From: Priapulus caudatus
Lineage: Eukaryota
Direction of reading: 5' to 3'
DNA length: 44,719 nucleotides
NCBI RefSeq assembly: GCF_000485595.1
Contig: NW_014577074.1
Span: forward strand, 1,500,467 to 1,545,185
The notes under the pieces are model-generated. The model had not been told where the DNA came from. It ran no database searches and saw only the letters and a list, made by a program, of their open reading frames with translations. Below, one piece after another: positions 39,148 to 44,719 of the stretch (positions are counted from its first letter, which is position 1; each line of letters starts with the position of its first letter). A program made the translations under genes and the position numbers.

Positions 39148-42100
39148 TATCATCATCATCAGTGTCAGTGTCATCAATATTAGCGTTACTAATTATCTGG
39201 GCAGTATTGAAGCGGATAAATCAGAAATATTAAATTCGATAACTTTGCTCATTATAACATGCAACAATAGGATATGAACACATGCCCAAGGAGTAGCATT
39301 TCAATTTAATCTTTTATTGGCGTGGCGTAGGATTTAATCTGTAATAGTGCAGCACCATATGAGAGGAAGTTAATAATGATTATGCAGCAAGTGTATCCAC
39401 ACTACGGTTCACTCGGGCTGAAATTTCCCTTTGGCATCAACTTGCCTGTACGTTATCATGTTGAGCTAGAATCCCATCTGTTTCTACGCGTGTCTAAAAC
39501 CTAGGGCAAGATTTAATTCCTGTCAGCTAATTCCTTTGTGGACTACCTGATTGCTGATCCGCATCATTGCACTGGTTGGTTGTTGAAAACCTGTTAAATT
39601 CGGACATTGATATATTGCATGAAATTCTGAACACCGCAAAGTGCTGGCAGCATTCCATATAATTGCATAAATGATCGCAGGGACAATGATGTGTTGTGAC
39701 AGGTGCGTGCTAGTTAGGAGGGCAGTGTCTTTGTCTGTGCTGCGGCGTTCTATTGTCTGCGTCACCTGTCACTAATCAGAATAGCAATGGAGCCTCGCTT
39801 TACACAGCAGATGTTCTATATCGAATCCCAGGAGCAAAGGATCCCAAAATTTAACTTAGAAAGATTGTGTTATTCTGCACGCCATGTCAGAATATATAAT
39901 ATTGCGCATTTCTTTATTCGGTTTCTAGACATATTAAACGTAGTTTATTCAGTTATTTTGATTATGGTGATTAAACTATTGGCCATTCAATTTCGAAATT
40001 TTTCTTGAATTTTAAAAACTTTCTAGTGCATTTGAAGTTGTAGATGGTATGTACCGCACTATATAATTTGTCGTACGCTTGAAGGTAAAAATGCCTCACA
40101 CGAATTACATTTTAACCTTTCAATTGAAGTTGTAACTCGATGAAATACGTTCAGTCCTATGGAAAAACCCTGAAAGGGTTAATATTTCATCATTGCAGTT
40201 TTCCATGCAAAACGGTTACGTACCACAGAGCTCGAGTTTTCAGCCTTTTATGGCCCGGCCAAAGAATGTAGAAATGCATAGGCCGAGTATAGTTGACCAG
40301 AAAAAGCGTTTCAGTTTTCCAGTAATTGCTCGGTAAATACTGAGACAGCACCTGAATTAGCAGCGGAAGCTGTGCCGCCGGCCGACTTTAATGTGCATGC
40401 TGAGAGATTGCCGTAGTTTGTAAAACATCAACGAGATATGACAAATCGGGCGTGACAGTCTGGCTGTTTCTTCCAGTCAACGGAAATTCCCGCTTCCACT
40501 CAACGGAAAATGCTAAAATTAGCATCGAGGGAGGCTGCATGCTCATAAGAGATGAGAGTACTGTATGCGTGGTGCACGTTACTGCATATAGATAGGCAAA
40601 AGTGGTTTATCCCAGAGCAGATTGTGAATAAGGACGGTTACCGTAATAGGCAGACTATTTGAAATGACATGCCCTTTTTTTAATCAATTGTTTTTTACAC
40701 ACAGTTGAAATGGGTTGTCACATATCCTAGAATAATGGAAGTATAAATTGAGAAACATGATTCGTGTATTTTAATAGTATGCTAAAAAATGTTTACTTTC
40801 CAATAAGTCTCCGATTGTTTTCAGGTGGCTCGATTCTTCAGTGTCACTCATGGAACAGGGCATCCGAGAAAGCGACCTCTTGTTATTCAGATATAAATTT
40901 CTGGTTTTCTACGATTTAAATCCTAAAGTATGTACACTGTCATCTTAATTTTATGTCTTTCACATCCATGTGCGCGTGTGCATGGATATGTATGGCGTAG
41001 CAGGTTTCGGGCTATACTTTATGAAGGCGGTTATTAATCTTATTTCATATCATGCCCTTTGGCAATGACCCCCCTCCAGAATCAAAGACGCAGTTAGTGT
41101 AAGTTGTGTGTGGCAAAAAGGAAAATGATTTCCGCACCTTATAACGAGTTACCAAAACGATCCTAAGAATTAGTAGCGGCGTGTGTCGTAGTATTTTACC
41201 TCTTTATTTGTTGACTTCAGTATGATGCTATCAGAATCAATCAGATCTACAATCAAGCTCGCTGGGCATTACTTAGTGAGGAGTTGGATTGCACAGAAGA
41301 AGAGATGATGATGTTTGCAGCGTTGCAGGTATAAAAACCTTTTAGCTTTGCTTCTCATGTAGTGATTGTCACGATTGATAACATGTCGATATTGATAACG
41401 ATTGATTGATAACCCTTGGTGCCACATGTAATCGTGCCCTACCATCAGTTGTTAAAGTTACTTTTCTTGCATTTTTTTGCCGATTTTGTCATTCCTTACT
41501 GGTTTTTGCTGCTCACCAGCAGCTACAGCAACCAACCCACTGCTACAAGTGTTGTAATAGCTCGAACCTATCCTTGTGGTGTGTTGTATTTTGCAGCTAC
41601 AAGTGCATTTACAGTCAAATGTGCCAGAGCCTGACTTTAGCCCCTCTGGTGCAAAGGAAACAGATGACATCGATGCAGCATTGAATGACCTCCAGATGTC
41701 ACTTGAAGGTCATTCATTTGGCCGAAGGCCAGGGGACATCACCTCTATACCTGAGCTCCATGACTACCTACATTTTATGAAGTGTGTTTTCGTTACTAAC
41801 TATATTAATATTAATGATTCAGATAAATTAGGATAGTTCTGTTCTCCTAGTGTTAATCTAGTATGTATATTCAGTTTCTTAACTATCTCAATTGTGAGAT
41901 GTTGGATCATATATTTTAGATTATAGTAACTAATAATAACGTGGGTAATAGAATACATATAATAGAATTGATGGTAAATCACAAAAGGAATGTCGTTAAA
42001 ATTGGTGCCCATGAACAATTGATCAATTTTATGTATTTGTTGGGAAAATAGGTTGCTCTGTTGTATTTTTCAGGCCAAAGAAATATACGTTGCGGTCATT

Positions 42101-44161
42101 CAAGGCTTACTGGTTCACCTTTAGAGACACACACTTGTCAATGTACAAGAGCAAAGAAACCTCAGACAGCACACCTCTTTGGAATGCTAATCTTAAAGGT
42201 AAGAGATGATCTGTTAAATCTCTTCACTGTTAAATGTGAGCTGCCACTGCTACTAGAACTCTGACGTGACGTGATTCATGTATTAGAAAAGCCCCAGTCC
42301 TAGCAGATAACTGCGTGACAATGAGAGTTGGAATTACTGAGTACTTGACTGGGGTTGCACTTATTAACATATGTGAGTTACTTCTCATATGCCTTCTCTC
42401 TAATCTGCAGCTCCACGGTATTATTATTACATAATTGTTTAGTATATTTAAGAGTGGTTATGAATTCTTCATGCCATTTACAGGCTGTGAAGTCGTGCCA
42501 GACGTAAACATTGCCCATAAGAAATATGGCATTCGAGTTTTGCTTCCGGCACCAGGGGGCATGAAGGAGGTCTGGTTGAGGTTTGAAAACGTACGTATTG
42601 CCGTGGTTTCATAATTGTTGCAAACGAGAGATTAGATTGTAGGTTGTTGTAAATCTAAAATTGTTTTTATTAATCAATGTTATTTATTATAAAGCTTTTT
42701 AAAAATGAAAAAAACAGCTTCTATTAATATCCTTTTTAATTGTTTTATACAATAATTTCGTGCCATGTGTCAATATCTTATGCATGTTGTCGTAATGTAA
42801 TTTAAAATACTTTGTGTTGGTTCATAAAACGCTAATGAAAACGCAAGTGTCATACAATGTTAAAGCTGTTCCATAAATCATAACTAATAATACACGGACT
42901 ATATTAATGAATGCAAGTCTCTCCTTATCTGATGTCCCTGCCTCACCTACGTGAAACCCCTTAAATTTAAACAGGAGCAGCAGTACGCCAGGTGGTTGTC
43001 GGCGTGCAAGCTTGCGTCTAAGGGCAAGACGATGGCCGACAGCTCGTATGATTCCGAGGTGTCGTCCATCTTGGCATTCATGAGCATGCAACATCCGGCA
43101 CCTGCCACCGTCATCAACCCCAGCAATGCAGAGATCCAGCCTGAGCTATACGTCGCACCACGCTTCCTCAAGAAGTTCAAGTCGCAACAGGTACGTGCCC
43201 GCCGGTTTGTCAGTTGCTCTCATATGAGCGTGAGTGCGAGTCCTTAATATCGGATTCAAGTTAATAGCTGGCTGTGTGAGCATTATGATCGATAAGGTTT
43301 CATTTGAGCTGAGTGGCTTTGGTACTTATAATAGAGGAGAATACTTATAATTACATGTTTTAATTATGTCAGAGTTGCCTAGACTTCTAAGTATCTTGCC
43401 TCACCCTCCCTGTATATATAACATTACTGTAACGTATATTTTATGTGTGTCGTGTGTGCACACCCAACTTAATTTTCTGTTTATCCACTTTTGGATTTAG
43501 TTTAGGTAAGGTAGTTCTGTCGTTAAAATCATTACAAATGAATGTTGGTCACATTAGGAGTAGTTCAGGTACACTGTGTTGTGAAGTATTTTTTCCCAGT
43601 GATGTTTATGTTGAATGTCTGTTTCAGATGAACCAGAGAATATTGGAAGCGCATTCTAATGTATCGGAATTGTCGCTCTACGATGCAAAGATGAACTATA
43701 TTCGTGCCTGGCAAGCACTTCCTGAATTCGGGCTATCCTATTTCACTGTCAATTTCCGTGGTCATAAGAAGGAGGTACGTCTATCCCAAAATCTTCTCTT
43801 TTGCGTAATCGTTTTAACATTAACACTTAATTATAGTATTATATATATATATCTGTTCTCTATCTAAACTATCTGAACTATATCTATAGATAGTTACATA
43901 TCTGTATTATATTCTCACTCTCTATTGTAATAATGAATAAGTAGATGGATGGATGAATGGATGGATATAGATGGATGGACGGATTGATAATGCTAAGGAC
44001 CGAAACGGATATTGTCTCCAGACATTAATTTGCTGTATCGTCTTTTCTAGGAGCTCATCGGCATTGCATTCAATAGAATAGTACGCATGAATATCAACAA
44101 AGGCAATGCTCTAACGACATGGCGATTCAACATTATGAAGGCATGGAACGTCAACTGGGAG
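8228..44161 (+). CDS. FERMT2: Kindlin / fermitin family homolog (UNC-112-like), 12 coding exons, 3' incomplete: join(8228-8366,26928-27161,32428-32597,37353-37561,40825-40927,41221-41328,41597-41781,42074-42198,42484-42590,42975-43190,43628-43774,44051-44161)
   Basis: Manual splicing at GT-AG sites gives 1854 nt (618 codons) with matching phases and no stops. Kindlin hallmarks: [71 protein letters not shown] domain, [28 protein letters not shown]. Invertebrate kindlins are co-orthologous to FERMT1/2/3, so the symbol is nominal. Confidence 0.96.
9595..9633. mobile_element. 39-bp hairpin micro-element with 7-bp TSD (ATAATAT)
   Basis: CAGGGGTTAATAATGACAAATTTGTAATTATTAACCCTG flanked by ATAATAT at 9588-9594 and 9634-9640. 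Confidence 0.6.
12150..12395. repeat. (CACG)n/(CA)n microsatellite
   Basis: Direct reading. Confidence 0.95.
12427..12743 (+). mobile_element. Helentron-associated non-autonomous element (HINE/DINE-1-like)
   Basis: 5' TT-ATTACCTCCGCG with a nearby inverted copy GGAGGTAAT (12455-12463), then a GT microsatellite, a 29-bp internal tandem repeat x3 (~12571-12660), 3' subTIR CGCGGAGGTA (12702-12711), hairpin GCACTC-tcttt-GAGTGC and a CTAGTTT end. This is the canonical HINE layout. Confidence 0.85.
14690..15400. mobile_element. Fold-back element made of tandem ~70-bp units (GGGGCATGTTCGCTTCGTTTCGCTGGACTTCGCTG...) in inverted orientation
   Basis: Units run forward at ~14694-14935 and as reverse complements at ~14940-15390. 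Confidence 0.7.
17217..18316 (+). repeat. ~1.1 kb direct duplicate of 23618-24757, ending at an N-gap
   Basis: Near-identical sequence with small indels (both copies give the [15 protein letters not shown]...); this copy stops in (TC)n at the 10-N gap. Confidence 0.9.
18772..18888. mobile_element. Short inverted-repeat MITE; a related arm recurs at 21137-21174
   Basis: TGCGGCAACTGTACGCGGGCTATA...TAGAGCTA pairs with TAGCTCTA...TATAGCCCGCGTACAGTTGCCGCA. Confidence 0.7.
18911..19297. mobile_element. MITE with ~50-bp TIRs (CATGCGTCTAAACAGAGG...GCTCCGACCTGTGATTGGAGGATAAAAA)
   Basis: 18911-18961 pairs with 19237-19297 (one indel). Confidence 0.75.
19666..19775. mobile_element. 110-bp palindromic MITE with 8-bp TSD AGTAGGCC (P- or hAT-type ends)
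   Basis: CACAGGCACCTATATCTAA...TTAGATATAGGTGCCTGTG; AGTAGGCC at 19658-19665 and 19776-19783. Confidence 0.85.
20023..20936. mobile_element. ~0.9 kb fold-back element with >200-bp inverted arms and an AT-rich core
   Basis: CATTTTATGGATGTTCACTTG...GTGCGCATAGCTATATGAAA (from 20025) pairs with ...TTTCATATAGCTATGCGCAC...CAAGTGAGCATCCATAAAATG (to 20934); internal partial duplication at ~20545-20680. Confidence 0.85.
21178..21740 (+). pseudogene. Merlin / IS1595 (ISXO2-like DDE) transposase, N-terminal fragment, frameshifted
   Basis: Across frameshifts: [106 protein letters not shown]. Confidence 0.9.
21740..21871 (-). pseudogene. Merlin transposase middle fragment (second D and E of DDE), inverted
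   Basis: [11 protein letters not shown]...[27 protein letters not shown] on the - strand. Confidence 0.9.
22283..22432 (-). pseudogene. Merlin transposase C-terminal fragment with stop codon
   Basis: [55 protein letters not shown] on the - strand at 22151-22156. Confidence 0.85.
22495..23617. repeat. Tandem and inverted repeat block (CCACCAGCTTCTCCCCTCCT units; CACAAAACTCAATT units), probably a transposon arm
   Basis: 22800-22883 is inverted relative to 23263-23345; the array runs to ~23595 and ends CCATGTCCTACTTGGCGCCCCGTA just before the duplicated segment. Confidence 0.7.
23618..24757 (+). repeat. Second copy of the 1.1 kb intronic segment
   Basis: Matches 17217-18316 and continues past the (TC)n tract. 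Confidence 0.9.
25818..25861. mobile_element. 44-bp hairpin micro-element with 7-bp TSD (GTACTAG)
   Basis: CAGGAGCGTATAATGACAAATATTTGTCATTATATACGCTCCTG flanked by GTACTAG at 25811-25817 and 25862-25868. Confidence 0.7.
26928..27161 (+). CDS. FERMT2: Kindlin coding exon 2 (F0/F1)
   Basis: cag|AA ATG GCC ATC GAC TGG...; [79 protein letters not shown]; donor GTGCGT at 27162. Confidence 0.95.
27162..27745 (+). repeat. 34-bp minisatellite beginning exactly at the exon-2 splice donor
   Basis: Unit GTGCGTACTAGCGCGACGCTGACGCAGCAGCTAG; the first two units are exact (27162-27195, 27196-27229) and later units carry scattered indels. Confidence 0.92.
27760..28505 (+). repeat. Two related GC-rich minisatellites (~41-bp and ~58-bp units sharing GGTCAGTGGTGGCTGCGAC)
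   Basis: Direct reading; noisy copies. Confidence 0.85.
29010..29205. repeat. GATTCGATGCGTGAATCGAAT (~21-bp) repeat, recurring at ~31060-31187
   Basis: Direct reading, on both sides of the gap-adjacent duplicated block. Confidence 0.8.
29936..31056 (+). pseudogene. Indel-ridden copy of intron-1 end, kindlin exon 2 (~30115-30385) and the 34-bp minisatellite; likely an assembly artefact
   Basis: Aligns to 26770-27745 with dense single-base insertions and deletions; lies just after a 25-N gap. Confidence 0.8.
32428..32597 (+). CDS. FERMT2: Kindlin coding exon 3 (F1 and start of F1 loop)
   Basis: tacag|GC ATT CGT CAT CCA GAG GAG CTG = [11 protein letters not shown]..., then a basic stretch ([10 protein letters not shown]); donor CAG|GTGTGT at 32598. 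Confidence 0.92.
33525..36116 (-). repeat. ~2.6 kb inverted duplicate of 36950-39451, including a frameshifted antisense copy of kindlin exon 4 (~35508-35721)
   Basis: The ends match as reverse complements (33525-33580 vs 39395-39451; 36060-36116 vs 36950-37005). Starts immediately after a 25-N gap. Confidence 0.88.
36569..36757. mobile_element. MITE with ~54-bp TIRs related to the 2286 element and associated with (CCCTAA)n
   Basis: TCTATGTCCCCCTGACCTCTGTTTGACCTGGCT... (36573-36626) pairs with 36672-36726; CCCTAA inside and at 36729-36757. Confidence 0.8.
37353..37561 (+). CDS. FERMT2: Kindlin coding exon 4 (F1 loop)
   Basis: caacag|GCG ACG CTG...; [23 protein letters not shown]...[30 protein letters not shown]; donor GG|GTAAAT, phase 2, matching the next exon (G|WLDSS). 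Confidence 0.88.
39083..39161. repeat. (CAT)n microsatellite
   Basis: Direct reading; gives the poly-I and poly-M pseudo-ORFs. Confidence 0.95.
40825..40927 (+). CDS. FERMT2: Kindlin coding exon 5
   Basis: tttcag|G TGG CTC GAT TCT TCA = [34 protein letters not shown]; donor GTATGT. Confidence 0.95.
41221..41328 (+). CDS. FERMT2: Kindlin coding exon 6 (F2)
   Basis: [36 protein letters not shown] between cttcag and GTATAA. Confidence 0.95.
41597..41781 (+). CDS. FERMT2: Kindlin coding exon 7
   Basis: [13 protein letters not shown]...[16 protein letters not shown]...[16 protein letters not shown]; phase 0 to phase 2. Confidence 0.94.
42074..42198 (+). CDS. FERMT2: Kindlin coding exon 8 (PH domain)
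   Basis: [43 protein letters not shown]; donor G|GTAAGA. Confidence 0.95.
42484..42590 (+). CDS. FERMT2: Kindlin coding exon 9 (PH domain)
   Basis: [36 protein letters not shown]; acceptor tttacag, donor GTACGT. Confidence 0.94.
42975..43190 (+). CDS. FERMT2: Kindlin coding exon 10
   Basis: [41 protein letters not shown]...[14 protein letters not shown]; donor CAG|GTACGT. Confidence 0.95.
43628..43774 (+). CDS. FERMT2: Kindlin coding exon 11 (F2/F3)
   Basis: [49 protein letters not shown]. Confidence 0.95.
44051..44161 (+). CDS. FERMT2: Kindlin coding exon 12 (F3 integrin-binding subdomain); gene continues beyond window
   Basis: [37 protein letters not shown]; donor GAG|GTATGT; no stop codon reached. 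Confidence 0.95.
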
Positions 44162-44266
44162 GTATGTATTGAAAGATAAAAATACACGAGTTGTCAGCAG
44201 TACTTGCAATTAAATTGTTATTATTATATGTGCTTAACTGCTTATAGTACATAGCAATATTTAATA

Positions 44267-44701
44267 TTTAGTGCATGACGTGATAAATCGCTGCAATCTC
44301 ATTGGATAACGCAGCAGGCACTATGAAGCGATAGTGCCCGCCTGAGCGGGCACTATCGCTTGCGCGACGCATTGTTATTATAAACGCATTGTGTTTACGT
44401 CACGAATCTCCTGCGTCTGGGCGCCACGCAAGAGTAATTTCGAACGGCGGTTGTGTTTGTGTCGAACGTTTTGTTACATCGAATGCACCGGCAAATTAGG
44501 GAGTATAAAGAAGGTATATACGCATGAAAAGTAGATTGCATAGTCATGTCATGCACTAAAACAATTAATGCCTGCTGTTGGGGGCACTATGCTCTCATAG
44601 TGTTGCTTTGGGAAGGAATAGTGCCCTCGCTACCGCTCGGGCACTATTCCTTCCCTCAGCAACACTATGAGAGCATAGTGCCCCCAACAGCAGGCATTAA
44701 T
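44267..44701. mobile_element. Non-autonomous element with short inverted repeats plus a long terminal hairpin (Crypton-like layout, inferred)
   Basis: TTTAGTGCATGAC (44267-44279) / GTCATGCACTAAA (44548-44560); internal 16-bp-stem hairpin 44326-44361; ~62-bp-arm palindrome 44564-44701 with loop TCGCTACCGCTC. Confidence 0.7.
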
Positions 44702-44719
44702 ATATATTTATTATCAGTA

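Noticed and set aside
38989..39277. Poly-Met / poly-Ile ORFs
   Set aside because: Translation of a (CAT)n microsatellite.
40078..40683. Possible Kolobok-like non-autonomous element
   Set aside because: Only a suggestive ...CCCTTT(T)nAA end; no convincing matching TIR.
44135..44161. Loss of integrin binding because vertebrate kindlin QW reads AW (MKAWNVNWE)
   Set aside because: The key Trp is retained and, from recollection, non-Q residues at this position are common in invertebrate kindlins. An alignment would be needed, so it is not treated as novel.

Overview
Eukaryotic (invertebrate animal, probably lophotrochozoan; taxon is inference) genomic window from a draft assembly with three N-gaps (18317-18326, 29206-29230, 33500-33524). 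The main feature is a + strand kindlin/fermitin (FERMT/UNC-112 family) gene. Twelve GT-AG coding exons from 8228 to 44161 splice in phase into 618 codons (F0-F1-F2-PH-F2-F3), and the C-terminal exon(s) lie beyond the window. A few short - strand exons of an unidentified gene probably lie at the left edge. The introns are full of non-autonomous DNA transposons: MITEs carrying (TTAGGG)n, hAT-like nested MITEs, a Helentron-type element, tiny P-like hairpins with 7-8 bp target duplications, and fold-backs. They also hold a Merlin/IS1595-family transposase pseudogene broken into three contiguous but re-oriented pieces, and several micro/minisatellites, one of them built from the exon-2 splice donor. 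Three gap-adjacent duplications (one direct 1.1 kb copy, an error-rich copy of exon 2, and an inverted 2.5 kb copy containing exon 4) are more likely assembly or haplotype artefacts than biology. I found no CRISPR array, RNA gene or convincing wholly new gene system; the best leads are at the level of repeats and splicing.
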